Positions 1-10,110 of a DNA stretch of 42,952 nucleotides are shown here, in pieces. The stretch comes from a virus (Duplodnaviria; Caudoviricetes): positions 1 through 42,952 of IMG/VR virus record IMGVR_UViG_3300033489_000022; one strand, given 5' to 3'. The notes beneath the pieces are model-generated. The model was given only the letters and a program-made list of their open reading frames with translations, ran no database searches and had not been told where the DNA came from. The translations under genes were made by a program, and so were the position numbers. Each line of letters starts with the position of its first letter. The stretch's first letter is position 1.

Positions 1-149
1 GCGTGACTAAAATACTGCGTTACGTTGGAAATCCCGGCCAGTTCATCATCGGCGTGCCAGCGCGGGATATGTTCGAAGATGAAGCCTTGCATTATGGCGG
101 GATCGAGGCGCTGCTGGCGAGTCATCTGTACATCAAAGGCGATGTGTCC
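1..149. repeat. Terminal direct repeat (assembly circularity overlap), copy 1
   Basis: Identical to 42804-42952 except T127 vs A42930. Confidence 0.95.
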
Positions 150-284
150 GGTGATCCTATCATCCCAATTGAAGAAGCAACGCTCAGCGGCGTGATCAAC
201 CTGGCCGATGGCGTTGACGAAGTAGAAGCGAATCTTGCAGGGCGTACCCTGCAGAAGAGGAGAAAAAAACATGGCACGGATTAG
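3..284 (+). CDS. Hypothetical protein upstream of tail tube gene
   Basis: GTG start preceded on the circular map by GGGGAGG (42793-42799); overlaps tail tube start. Confidence 0.65.
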   Translation: MTKILRYVGNPGQFIIGVPARDMFEDEALHYGGIEALLASHLYIKGDVSGDPIIPIEEATLSGVINLADGVDEVEANLAGRTLQKRRKKHGTD

Positions 285-1266
285 GGCATTAACCCACATC
301 GAGCACGCCTTCCAATCGGCGTTCGTCACGGCGGTCACGCCGCCCACGGTCAAACTCGCGATTGTGGAAGCCTCGCCGGAATTCGATCCCGGCAATGATG
401 TTGAATTGGTGCCGGAGGAGCGCGGGGCGGCGGCTAACTTTTCGGCCTATCAGACCGGTGCGAACCCTACCGGCTCGATCCCGATGCGGGCCAGCTACGA
501 GCACATTCACTATCCGCTCGAATGGATGTTCGGAGCGGTGACGCCGAGCGGGACGACCGCGCCCTACACACGCGAATACAACGGGTTTTTGCTGACCCAA
601 TTGACGCCACACTGGGGGACGCTGATGTATGGCGATGGATTGGGCGTCTACAAATTCACGGGGGCGATCGCCACAAAGCTCGCGTTGACCCAGGACAATC
701 GGGCCGCTCCACTCAAGGCAGTCACGACGCTGGGCGGGTATTCAATCGTGGGCGGTGGTGCGTTTGCCTCCGCGCCGGCTCTGAACGATTCGGCAGTCAC
801 GATGATCCAGGGCACGCATTGTACTGTCTATCTCGACACTTGGGGCGGGACGATGGGCAATACTGCCCTGGCGACGACGGTGGATTCGCTGAGCCTGGAG
901 ATTGATCCCGGCCTCAAGTATAGCGACTATATCGGCAGCCTGTATCATGGCGACGTCTACCAATTGCCGTGGAAAGTGACGCTCAAACTCTCGTGCGAGT
1001 TCAACGCCGGCATGAAGACCCATGCCGATGCGTGGGTTAACACAGTTTGGCAAAAGCTCGTCCGCATCAAGTATACAACCGGCAGCACCACGGCGCTCAA
1101 GTTATTCCAGGTGGACTTTGCCGGGACGATGCTCAAGACGCCCAAGTTCTTTAGCGAAAAGGACGGCCGGCTGACGTTCGATGTCGAACTGACGGATACC
1201 TATGATTCCGTGTTCGCGCATTATTTGAAGGTCCAGACCCAATGCGCGACCGCGACCCTGGTGTGA
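271..1266 (+). CDS. Major tail (tube) protein
   Basis: ATG 271 after GAGGAG; about 331 aa, Thr/Gly-rich beta-type sequence; precedes chaperones and tape measure. Confidence 0.75.
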   Translation: MARIRALTHIEHAFQSAFVTAVTPPTVKLAIVEASPEFDPGNDVELVPEERGAAANFSAYQTGANPTGSIPMRASYEHIHYPLEWMFGAVTPSGTTAPYTREYNGFLLTQLTPHWGTLMYGDGLGVYKFTGAIATKLALTQDNRAAPLKAVTTLGGYSIVGGGAFASAPALNDSAVTMIQGTHCTVYLDTWGGTMGNTALATTVDSLSLEIDPGLKYSDYIGSLYHGDVYQLPWKVTLKLSCEFNAGMKTHADAWVNTVWQKLVRIKYTTGSTTALKLFQVDFAGTMLKTPKFFSEKDGRLTFDVELTDTYDSVFAHYLKVQTQCATATLV

Positions 1267-1273
1267 GGCGGCT

Positions 1274-1552
1274 GTGAGATTCGAGCACAAAAAGTTGAAT
1301 CTGACGCTCCTCTTGACCGACGGGGATGAGCTGACGCAGCGCGATGTGGAGCGGTACATAACCGAGTACCGCCGGATGCCGGAGGCCGACAATGCCGGCA
1401 AGGTGCTGCGCGCGGCGATCCTGGCTGGCTGGGTGCAGGACCCCGCCATGTCCGTGGACATGGTCGAGGGGATGAAGCCGGCTGCCGTGCGGTGGTACGC
1501 CGCCAAGATCGACGCCTTGTACGCGGAGGCGACGACCATCCCCCCGGAATGA
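1274..1552 (+). CDS. Tail assembly chaperone (gpG-like)
   Basis: Small ORF between tail tube and tape measure; ends ATC CCC CCG GAA TGA. Confidence 0.65.
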   Translation: MRFEHKKLNLTLLLTDGDELTQRDVERYITEYRRMPEADNAGKVLRAAILAGWVQDPAMSVDMVEGMKPAAVRWYAAKIDALYAEATTIPPE

Positions 1553-1839
1553 TTCTCGCGGCGGCGGCTTGCGCCGAGGGCCAGGGCGATGCGCCGCGAG
1601 AGTTGCGCTGGGTGTTCGAACACGACCGGTGGGGAGTGTTGCCCAATGCGGGCGGGCTGCTCGATCAGCCGGCAGGGGCTTTGCAGCGCATGACGGCATG
1701 CGAGAATGTCTATCGAGCGCTGCAGTTTTATGCCGAGCATGGCCCAGAGCCGGGCCAGACGGCCGCCTGGCGCGAATCCCACACCGACATCTGGAACATT
1801 GTGCTGCACGTCGAGGAACTGCGAGCACGTGCAAAATAA
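1549..1839 (+). CDS. Tail assembly chaperone C-terminal part (gpT-like)
   Basis: -1 frame relative to upstream ORF; contains LPNAGGLLDQP; immediately precedes tape measure. Confidence 0.6.
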   Translation: MILAAAACAEGQGDAPRELRWVFEHDRWGVLPNAGGLLDQPAGALQRMTACENVYRALQFYAEHGPEPGQTAAWRESHTDIWNIVLHVEELRARAK

Positions 1840-1856
1840 CGTCCATTACTGATACG
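1829..1856 (+). repeat. dif/Xer-like 28-bp site 1
   Basis: GTGCAAAATAA-CGTCCA-TTACTGATACG; left-arm TAA is the stop codon of the upstream gene. Confidence 0.75.
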
Positions 1857-1889
1857 GCATCGGGATGCCGTACTACAGGGTAGGTCCGC

Positions 1890-4037
1890 ATGGCAAAAGA
1901 AGCGCGACTCAAGATCATCATTGATGCCCTGAATATGGCCAAGGGCGAGCTGGGCACGCTCCAGAAGGACCTGGACGGCGTGGAGAAATCCAGCAAGAAG
2001 GGCGCCTCTGGACTGGATACGCTCAAGTCGGGCCTCTCTACGACCAAGGATGTGATGGCCGGCGTGACGGCTGGGGCAGCGGCTTTCGCCATGACGTGGA
2101 AAGTGGCGATGGATATCGGAAAGGAGGGGGCGCAGCTCGAACGCACGCAACAGCAATTTGACAAGCTATCCGGGAGTATCGGCACGACGGCAGACGCACT
2201 CAAAAACAAATTGGCAGACGCATCACGCGGGATGGTCTCTAATGCCGAAATGATTGCAGGCGCGTCAAAGATCATGGAGCTGGGGCTGGCGAAAGACGAG
2301 GATAGCGTCGTGCGGCTATCCACAGTCGTCAACAAGCTGGGCTGGGACATGAGCACGGTCATCCTCACGTTTGCGAACCAATCCACTATGCGTCTGGATG
2401 CGTTGGGATTGTCTGTCACCGATGTTACGGCTCGGTGGAATAAATTCAAGAAGGCCGGCGTAGAGGCCACGCAGGCATTCAACCTGGCCGTCATTGAAGC
2501 GGGCGAGGCCAAAATTGGATTGCTCGGCGACCAGGCGGATAGCTCGGTGGGATCCTTTCAGCGGTTGGACGCTGCGACCAAGAATCTAGCCGATTCACTC
2601 AAGACGCAATTGGCGCCGCAGCTGGCGAATGCTGCGGAAGCAGCGACACTTTTGCTCACCTGGAATGATAAATTGTCCACATCGCTGAGTCAGCACGAAG
2701 CCGATGTGCGCAAGACCGCAGATGGTTATGAGGCGTATATCACTGAGATGCAGCGCGCCTATGCGGCGACGGGAAAACAGGTGGATGCTCAGGGCCGTCT
2801 CATTGAAACTCACATGAATGCTGATCGCATGGCCATGAAGGTTGCCGGCGCCCAGGTTGTCTTGAGTCAAACACAATGGGAAATGAATCGTGCCATCGAG
2901 GAGACCAATCGGCTTTATCCACGAGAGATTGACTACGGCATACGGTTGGCCGCCAGCCTCAAAACACAAACAGTTTCTACTCAGGACTTGAAGGTTGCAC
3001 AGGATGCGCTCAAGAATTCGATGGCAACGCTCAGCCTGGAGATGGCCGGGCCGATCAGTAAAGAGATGGACTCGTACAATGAGAAGCAAGTTGATCTTGC
3101 GGAAAAGGCAGCCAAGATCAAGGCGGAATTGGAAAAGTTGCAGAAAACCCAGGGAGCAGTAGCCAAGTCTGAAACCAAAAACGTGATGAGTGCGACTGAA
3201 TTGGCCCTGGCCCAGGCCAAAGTCACGGCAGCCACGGATGATCTGAATCATGCCCAACAGGGGGCCAAGGAATCGGGTGCCGAGTTTGCTCTTCGTGTGG
3301 CGCAACTCAAAAATGAAATCGCAGACCAGACCGACAAGATGGGCAAAGCCAATCAATCGGTCACCCGTTACGTGGACAATGGCAAACGGATTGCCGAGTT
3401 GAAGGGTGAATACGATGAGGTGAACCTGGCGATTTCCAAAAATGCAGATGCGCATGATGAAGCCACCAAGCGCATCCTGTTTGATCTACTTTCCCAGCGC
3501 GCAGCGATGGATGGATTGTCCAGTGACGAGATGAAGGCATTGAATGACATTGCCTTGGAATGGGGTCTAGTGGATCGAAAAACGCACGATGCAGTCACCG
3601 GCATTGATTCTGCCCTGGCGACGCTGGCTACCAGCGGAAACATTGATGCCTTTATCGGCAAGATCGGCGGGATCGAGGCGGCGGCACAAAACGCAAACGC
3701 TGCCTTTCAGACCATGATGTCGCAGCAAGCCGGCTTGCACGCTGGCATGGGCGGTTCTCCTGTTGCCACTCCGGCTGGCCCGTCAACTCCATCAGGACCT
3801 ATCCCACAGGCCGGCGGGGGCGACTGGATGGTCAATCGCCCGACATTGTTCATGGCCGGCGAGGCGGGGCCCGAGCGGGCGACCTTCACGCCCCAGCGTG
3901 GGGGAAATAATACACATTACCAGTACAACAGCACCCAGCAAAGCACCATCATCATTGACGATCACCGCACGGGCGCTCTTTTCCTGGAGATGCAGCGCCG
4001 GGATCGGCAGCGCACCGCGGCTCGTAGCATGGGATAA
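1890..4037 (+). CDS. Tail tape measure protein
   Basis: 715 aa, Ala/Leu-rich coiled-coil; C-terminal GG..VNRPTLFMAGEAGPE motif; synteny. Confidence 0.9.
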   Translation: MAKEARLKIIIDALNMAKGELGTLQKDLDGVEKSSKKGASGLDTLKSGLSTTKDVMAGVTAGAAAFAMTWKVAMDIGKEGAQLERTQQQFDKLSGSIGTTADALKNKLADASRGMVSNAEMIAGASKIMELGLAKDEDSVVRLSTVVNKLGWDMSTVILTFANQSTMRLDALGLSVTDVTARWNKFKKAGVEATQAFNLAVIEAGEAKIGLLGDQADSSVGSFQRLDAATKNLADSLKTQLAPQLANAAEAATLLLTWNDKLSTSLSQHEADVRKTADGYEAYITEMQRAYAATGKQVDAQGRLIETHMNADRMAMKVAGAQVVLSQTQWEMNRAIEETNRLYPREIDYGIRLAASLKTQTVSTQDLKVAQDALKNSMATLSLEMAGPISKEMDSYNEKQVDLAEKAAKIKAELEKLQKTQGAVAKSETKNVMSATELALAQAKVTAATDDLNHAQQGAKESGAEFALRVAQLKNEIADQTDKMGKANQSVTRYVDNGKRIAELKGEYDEVNLAISKNADAHDEATKRILFDLLSQRAAMDGLSSDEMKALNDIALEWGLVDRKTHDAVTGIDSALATLATSGNIDAFIGKIGGIEAAAQNANAAFQTMMSQQAGLHAGMGGSPVATPAGPSTPSGPIPQAGGGDWMVNRPTLFMAGEAGPERATFTPQRGGNNTHYQYNSTQQSTIIIDDHRTGALFLEMQRRDRQRTAARSMG
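3900..3927 (+). repeat. dif/Xer-like 28-bp site 2 (inside tape measure 3' end)
   Basis: GGGGGAAATAA-TACACA-TTACCAGTACA. Confidence 0.55.
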
Positions 4038-4043
4038 TCCACT

Positions 4044-5417
4044 ATGGCAATGCAGGTATCGCTCGTCGTCAAGGCTGATTTGCAAAGTGATGTCAAATCG
4101 CTCAGCCTGCTGGCAAATGCTGCCGGCTTTGCGCTCAAGCGCGGCGGCTACCAGCCGGGCATGGCATTGGATGGTGTGGTATCGGATGTTCTGACAGTGG
4201 ATGTGATCGGCTCCAGCCACGATGATCTAGCAGTAAAACTTCAGGCATTGGAAGAATATTTCCAGCGCGCTCGCTGGGCCAATGAATCGCCTGAGCGATA
4301 TGAGGTCTGGCTGCGCGTACAACTGACGAACGAAACCAATGCACGCAAGATGCTCGTCGTCGGTGGATCACATGGAGACAAAGCCGGCTTTTATTCTCCT
4401 CCCGCGTCCCCGGGCAATCGTTTGGTTGACTATCCCATTGTAATTGATCGTTTGCCGATCTGTGAGAGCAATCTGGCATACAACCTGGATTATCCTAACC
4501 TCAGCAGTGTTGGAGGCAAAGGCGGTTTGACCATCATAAGCGGCGATGTACCGGCACGGATCGCACAAACTATTCTGTATGGTGTTTCTGGTGCTGCATT
4601 GGTCGAGTATTGGTGGGGCTTCCGCTCGGCCCGATTCGGAACGGTGGCAAATTTTGTCTCGCCCTGGGAATGTGAATTGGGCACTGTTGGAACGGATACC
4701 AGCGCCACGACGGATGCTACCGCCTCTCCAGGCGGCGGTGGAAACACAAAATTACTATGTACCTTTGCGACCAACTCTGCCATGGCCAGCCGTTTCACCC
4801 TGACGCCCTATCAGATTTCTAGCACGAATTTTGAGCAGCAGCGCGGAACTTTCAATCTGATCGCCAGATTGAAGGTAAATACAGGGTTCAGCACGCGCGT
4901 TCGGATTGCGAGCGGCCTTGGCTCCACTTTAGCATATTGTGACGACGTGGCCGTCACGAGTACGGCCTGGAAATTCTATGATCTGGGGCGCATCACATTG
5001 CCGGCCGGTGGAAAGACCGCAATCTCTGCCATGCAAAATAGCATCATTCGATTCGAGGCACAACGGATAGCGGGTACTCTCGCGGGGGGTACAGGTTTGC
5101 ACATGGATTGCCTTGTGCCTATTCCTGCCAACGAAGGGTATGCACATATTTCGGGTGGAACGGGTGTTCTGAACACTTTATGGGTGGATGCGTTGGGACG
5201 CATCGGGTGTTTCGATTATACCGGTGGGAATATCACCGGGTTGGCTGGAACAGAAGGGACCAATGCCCAGGACTACACCTTGCCCATTGGATCGGGTGGA
5301 ATTGTTGTGGTGGCAGCTCAGCAAGCAGCCGGAAGCACCTTGACTGATCTCTTGGACTTTGAAATAGATTATTTCCATCGGTACCGCACTTTGCGGACAT
5401 ACGATCTCATTGGTTAG
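4044..5417 (+). CDS. Minor tail protein (distal-tail position)
   Basis: 457 aa directly after tape measure; beta-rich. Confidence 0.6.
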   Translation: MAMQVSLVVKADLQSDVKSLSLLANAAGFALKRGGYQPGMALDGVVSDVLTVDVIGSSHDDLAVKLQALEEYFQRARWANESPERYEVWLRVQLTNETNARKMLVVGGSHGDKAGFYSPPASPGNRLVDYPIVIDRLPICESNLAYNLDYPNLSSVGGKGGLTIISGDVPARIAQTILYGVSGAALVEYWWGFRSARFGTVANFVSPWECELGTVGTDTSATTDATASPGGGGNTKLLCTFATNSAMASRFTLTPYQISSTNFEQQRGTFNLIARLKVNTGFSTRVRIASGLGSTLAYCDDVAVTSTAWKFYDLGRITLPAGGKTAISAMQNSIIRFEAQRIAGTLAGGTGLHMDCLVPIPANEGYAHISGGTGVLNTLWVDALGRIGCFDYTGGNITGLAGTEGTNAQDYTLPIGSGGIVVVAAQQAAGSTLTDLLDFEIDYFHRYRTLRTYDLIG

Positions 5418-5445
5418 AGTATCGGTAATCGGAGTTATTCTCACA
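5418..5445 (-). repeat. dif/Xer-like 28-bp site 3
   Basis: Reverse strand TGTGAGAATAA-CTCCGA-TTACCGATACT; fills the whole gap between TAG 5417 and ATG 5445. Confidence 0.75.
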
Positions 5446-6995
5446 TGATGACACTCACGATGGGAGATATCCTGGGCCGCAACCCAACCGCTTCTACTCC
5501 GTGGAACATCACGGCCAAGATGCGGCATTGGAGAGATAGCATCCAGGATATCGGCGGGTTTTGGCAGGGAAGTGGCACATTCTGGACGGGCAAGGAAGAT
5601 CCGTTCGTGTCGCGTATTGACGCGATTGGCTTGTTTATGAGCGGATTGGGCTATCACATCGTCAGAAGTCAAGCTGGACGTTCGTGCTGGGAAGGACGCA
5701 TCTCGGCGCTTGAATTGACCCTGGATGGCATGACGATCCGCCGTTCACTCGAAAACCTCGCGAACAATATCAAGATCATCTATTCTAGATGGGGAGCGAA
5801 TAAGGTCATTAATGGCTCTGCGGAATCTCCTCTGATTAACTTGACAAATTATTATCACGTCGTTTCGGCAGGCGAGGAGATGATCATCACTCAATCTGCT
5901 GAATGGTCCAGCATCGGGACGTATAGTTTCAAGGTAACGCACACAGGCGCACCTGGCGTTGGCTGGTATGGCGGATTCGGACTTTATGCCGGAAACGTAA
6001 CGGCAAGCAGCAAATATCGGGTCATGGCAACCTGTTACGTCCCTGTTTCAGATCCATCTGGAGTGGTCAGCATAGATATTATCAATGGAGGATGGAGCAT
6101 CTATCACAGAGATATTATCCCACTGGGTGGTTCTGGCACCATGCAAGTCGTGTGCGACTTTACGACGCCCGGTGATGCAACAGGTGCTTTGTCGGTAGAA
6201 TTTACGTGTAACAACGTTTTGGATGAGGCGGGTTGGTATTGGCACATTGATGGGGTAACATTTCAGGAATTCGGGAGCCGGGCAGAATTGGGTTGGCTTG
6301 GGAACAGTGATTCTATCGCGTTGTATGGCCCGAAAGAAGATATCAAGTTAATGGATTCTATCACCGACGAAGAGGCAGTAGCGCGCCAGATACAATTGCT
6401 CGCGCGCCATTCGTGGCCGCGCAATTTTCCAGTTGATATCCCGGAGGCAAAAGAGGATGGATTGTCCATCGAGGCAGAGGGTTATATCTTTGTTCAGGCC
6501 GGCAAGAGCGTGACTTTCGGTGGCGTCACCGACGCAACCATACATTTGACGACCTTACTCTCCGCCGCCAGTTTTATCTCTGCCGGGTACATCGCGACAA
6601 ATAGTTTGCCGGTGTACGTTGACGACGTGAATCCCATCCGATTGTGGGATGGACTTGAGAAGGTGGTCAAAGCCGGCGGGGCCGGCGGAATTCGTTATGT
6701 TGGCGGAGTTGGCCCGGGACGGCTATTCAACTATCGGGCGCGTGATACGCTGCCGAGATACCGGCGCAAGGGCGGCCAATGGTTCAACATGGACAACACG
6801 ATGGCGGATCCTCAGACGATGCAACCGGCAATTGTGTTTCTTGAAGATATGCCGAGTGGGACAGGGATCCCAGTGGGCAGCAGCAGTTTGGAAGACGATC
6901 CGCGTTATGCCTACGTGCCCAAGTTGGAATATGATGCGGACACAGATAGCATTAAACCGATCGAGATCAAGGACTTGGACGATTGGCAAAGCTAG
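5445..6995 (+). CDS. Minor tail / baseplate hub-like protein with inserted carbohydrate-binding-like domain
   Basis: 516 aa; WEGRI motif; central aromatic beta-sandwich segment NGSAE...WHIDGV; synteny. Confidence 0.55.
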   Translation: MMTLTMGDILGRNPTASTPWNITAKMRHWRDSIQDIGGFWQGSGTFWTGKEDPFVSRIDAIGLFMSGLGYHIVRSQAGRSCWEGRISALELTLDGMTIRRSLENLANNIKIIYSRWGANKVINGSAESPLINLTNYYHVVSAGEEMIITQSAEWSSIGTYSFKVTHTGAPGVGWYGGFGLYAGNVTASSKYRVMATCYVPVSDPSGVVSIDIINGGWSIYHRDIIPLGGSGTMQVVCDFTTPGDATGALSVEFTCNNVLDEAGWYWHIDGVTFQEFGSRAELGWLGNSDSIALYGPKEDIKLMDSITDEEAVARQIQLLARHSWPRNFPVDIPEAKEDGLSIEAEGYIFVQAGKSVTFGGVTDATIHLTTLLSAASFISAGYIATNSLPVYVDDVNPIRLWDGLEKVVKAGGAGGIRYVGGVGPGRLFNYRARDTLPRYRRKGGQWFNMDNTMADPQTMQPAIVFLEDMPSGTGIPVGSSSLEDDPRYAYVPKLEYDADTDSIKPIEIKDLDDWQS

Positions 6996-9361
6996 GCGAC
7001 AAACCCGATTTTTATGATGCGCTGCGAGTTGCAACCATCTCCAGCAATTTGATGGGTGCCTCGTCAGGAGCAAGCCAACATAATCTGGTAGGCGGGATGC
7101 ACGTAGCCTCCGGCTTGACGATAGGGCACGTGTTGCGTGCGACCAGCGCAGAGCTTTTTGCCTTTGGTGCTATCCAGGATTCCGATTTGCCCAGCACGAT
7201 TGCCCGTGATACGGAGGTGGCCACAGCCGTTTCTGATCATGCGGCTATTCCAGGAGCGCACCATGCTGCCGCTACGGTTACGGGCAATGGTATCCAGATC
7301 AGTGGCCAACAGATCAGTCTCCAAATTGGGACTGGCTCGACGCAGGTGGCGGCAGGAAATCATACTCATACCTATGGAGATATTTCTGGCACTGGTGTCG
7401 TTGGCCGGGTGGCAGAGTTCGTCACGAGTACCAAGACGATCCAGGCGGCAAATTTGATCGCGCCTGCGTCAAATATCTTGACATTGACAGCGACGGCGGC
7501 CAGCACGTTAGGTCTGGCTATTACGGCGGGAAAGACGCTGACTCTGACGGCAACGGACAATTACGGGTTGACTGTTGCTGCGACGGCAAGTATAAGCGGG
7601 ACAAATACGGGTGATGTAGCTCTTGCCTCACCCAATCATGGATTAAGTTTGACAGGTCAAACCCTCGCCCTCGGAACGCCGTCGACGTTGACTAGCACTA
7701 CGACAAATGCAGTAACTACAACCACGCACACACATGCCATAACAGGTGTTCCAGCTTTGTTGGGCAATGGTGCACAGCAGTGGCAAACGATTGTCACGGG
7801 CGCGACGCCGTTTGTACCGGTCTACTCTGGATTTTTGTTGGATGGCACAACTGATGGAAAAACCGTGTTCGCTGTAACGGCGAGCAAGACATTGACGCTG
7901 ACTGCAACGGACAGTTATAACCTGACCGTCCCGGCGACGGGGACGGCGGCGTTGCTTGCCACGGCCAACGCCTTCACGGCGATCCAGTCCATCCTCTCGA
8001 CCACGGCCTTGCAGTTGAAGGTTGGGTATGACACGACGCATTATTTCACGGCGAACGTGTCCGCCGCTGGCGTGACGACTTTTGCAACGCTGCCGATCGA
8101 TGCAGGGGTTGTGTTCACCCCGGCGGTGACGTTTACCGCCGCGCCAATCCTATCTACAATGACGGCGGGCTGGTTGCCATATATGGGCACAAGTAAGGAA
8201 ATCGTCGGCAGCGCCAATGCAACGCTGGACGCGAGCGGCAACGCGTTCTTAGCGGACAAGGTCGGCATCGGGAGAGCGGCATTATTGAAATTGGATGCCT
8301 ATGGGACAGCTTCCTCTCCCGCCACAACTGGCACTACTCCCAATGGGCTGACATCTTTCTTGACATCTAATGGTAACTCGTTATACGTTGGCGGTTATGT
8401 TGAAAGCCCGTATGGGATGTGGTTGCAGGTGTCAAACTGGGGTAACTTGTCAGACTATTACCCATTGATTCTTAATCCATTAGGAGGAGGAATCCATATT
8501 GGGGGCACGAGTGATCCAGGGAATAATAATTTGCTTGTTGATGGTGCGTTCGGCTGCAACGGCGCGGCAGCGGTATCCACCATCGCCATTAACGCTATCT
8601 CCACTACTGAGCAATTGCGGCTTGGCTACGACGCGGCGAACTATTGTTCTGTGACGGTTGGCTCGGAGGGGCAGGTAACATTCAATGCGGTGGGGGTGAG
8701 CAGTGCCTTTACATTTTCAGATCAGACGACATTCGCAGGTGGGGCGTTTGCGGCGTCAGGAAATTGGTTTGGTGCTTTGACAGACGGCCCAACGGGTGGA
8801 TTCTATGCGGGAAGCGCAGCCGATTGTGAATTGTATCGCAGTGCCGCAAATACGTGGTACACGCCTGACACATTTCACATCGCCGGAAATCTCTTGCAGG
8901 GGGCGGGAGCCGTTGCCTATCATGCCGGTGAAAGAGTATTGTCGTGCGGGAATTTTTCGGCCAACGGCGATTGCGAGTTCATCGAGATGCTCGCGCGCAG
9001 GAGTGTTGCCCATATAGATAATTCGACGTGGTATGAACTATTTATAGATGGTTCATCTACACGCATCACAATACCGGCTGATTCGGTTTGGTACTTTTAT
9101 GTCATTGTTTTGGCTACGACGGTAGATGTCGGAACTGTTGCACAGTACTATACCGATGGAATGATAAAGCGTGTAGGGAATACGACTTCTGCTCCTGTAC
9201 TCGATGCGGTTTCGTCGGTTTACGAGGGCGACGCGGCCTGGAACATTCGTTGCAGCGCAGATGACACGAATGAGGCGCTCAAGATTGAGGTGCTTGGAAA
9301 CACGGGACAAACGATACGCTGGAGTGCATGGGTCAGATTATGGCATACCACGTTCACCTAG
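6983..9361 (+). CDS. Tail fibre / receptor-binding protein
   Basis: 792 aa, very Thr/Ala/Gly-rich, HTH(T/A)-type His motifs, internal repeats KTLTLTATD-Y-LTV and QL--GYD---Y. Confidence 0.7.
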   Translation: MAKLGDKPDFYDALRVATISSNLMGASSGASQHNLVGGMHVASGLTIGHVLRATSAELFAFGAIQDSDLPSTIARDTEVATAVSDHAAIPGAHHAAATVTGNGIQISGQQISLQIGTGSTQVAAGNHTHTYGDISGTGVVGRVAEFVTSTKTIQAANLIAPASNILTLTATAASTLGLAITAGKTLTLTATDNYGLTVAATASISGTNTGDVALASPNHGLSLTGQTLALGTPSTLTSTTTNAVTTTTHTHAITGVPALLGNGAQQWQTIVTGATPFVPVYSGFLLDGTTDGKTVFAVTASKTLTLTATDSYNLTVPATGTAALLATANAFTAIQSILSTTALQLKVGYDTTHYFTANVSAAGVTTFATLPIDAGVVFTPAVTFTAAPILSTMTAGWLPYMGTSKEIVGSANATLDASGNAFLADKVGIGRAALLKLDAYGTASSPATTGTTPNGLTSFLTSNGNSLYVGGYVESPYGMWLQVSNWGNLSDYYPLILNPLGGGIHIGGTSDPGNNNLLVDGAFGCNGAAAVSTIAINAISTTEQLRLGYDAANYCSVTVGSEGQVTFNAVGVSSAFTFSDQTTFAGGAFAASGNWFGALTDGPTGGFYAGSAADCELYRSAANTWYTPDTFHIAGNLLQGAGAVAYHAGERVLSCGNFSANGDCEFIEMLARRSVAHIDNSTWYELFIDGSSTRITIPADSVWYFYVIVLATTVDVGTVAQYYTDGMIKRVGNTTSAPVLDAVSSVYEGDAAWNIRCSADDTNEALKIEVLGNTGQTIRWSAWVRLWHTTFT

Positions 9362-9532
9362 CCGGGGTCATGCCGTTGACGGTCATGGCAATGCACAGAA
9401 AGAGCATCGAGGCAAGGAGGAAAAGGCCAACGAACTTCCGGTAACTGATTCCAAAAAGATAGTTATAGGCTTCGTCCATTAATATAGCACCTTTTTCATA
9501 CTGCTAATTATATCACAGAAAGGATGTGAAAA

Positions 9533-9943
9533 ATGAAGATCATCGTGAAGGACGCCTTGAATTCGCTTCCGATACTGGACGGCATCTCGAAGAAGGTGGT
9601 CGCCTCGAACCCGAAGCTGTACCGCATGATCGCGCGCGTCCAGCGGGAGCTGCTGCGCGTGTCAGAGGCGCACGAGAAAACGAAGAATTTGCTGCTGCGC
9701 GAGATGGGCCGCACGGACGACAAGGGCAACCTCCAGGTGCTCCCCGACAAGCTGCGCCAGTTCGGGGAGAAGCTGTTCGAGTACCTGGAGGCGTCGGAGT
9801 TCGTCGCAGTGCCAGGGAAGATTGCGCTGGAGAGGTTTGAGGGGGCGGGCGTGAACCTATCGTCCGTCGAGCTGGCAATATTGGACTGGCTGGTGCTGTG
9901 GGATGACAAAGAGGACGACGGGTTTATGGCGCAGGAATCATAA
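9533..9943 (+). CDS. Hypothetical protein (possible tail fibre chaperone)
   Basis: ATG after GAAAGGA; follows tail fibre. Confidence 0.55.
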   Translation: MKIIVKDALNSLPILDGISKKVVASNPKLYRMIARVQRELLRVSEAHEKTKNLLLREMGRTDDKGNLQVLPDKLRQFGEKLFEYLEASEFVAVPGKIALERFEGAGVNLSSVELAILDWLVLWDDKEDDGFMAQES

Positions 9944-9946
9944 GCA

Positions 9947-9974
9947 CTGAAAAATAATGCCCATTACCGATACT
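9947..9974 (+). repeat. dif/Xer-like 28-bp site 4
   Basis: CTGAAAAATAA-TGCCCA-TTACCGATACT at end of late operon. Confidence 0.75.
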
Positions 9975-10004
9975 AAAAAATCCCCTTCTCTGGCAAGAAG
10001 GGGA
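9975..10004 (-). terminator. Intrinsic terminator downstream of integrase
   Basis: TCCCCTTCT/AGAAGGGGA stem preceded by A6 (U-tract on minus strand). Confidence 0.6.
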
Positions 10005-10110
10005 CAGGAACCTGGCCGGGACTCGACCAGCAGTGGCGATCCTCGCGTACTCGCCAAGGCCCACACTCAAGTCAATTTTACGCCATTTCCAGGTTAGTGT
10101 CAATAGGACA

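Noticed and set aside
6983-9361. Diversity-generating retroelement or invertible tail-fibre shufflon
   Set aside because: No reverse transcriptase, no template/variable repeat pair and no alternative fibre ends seen.
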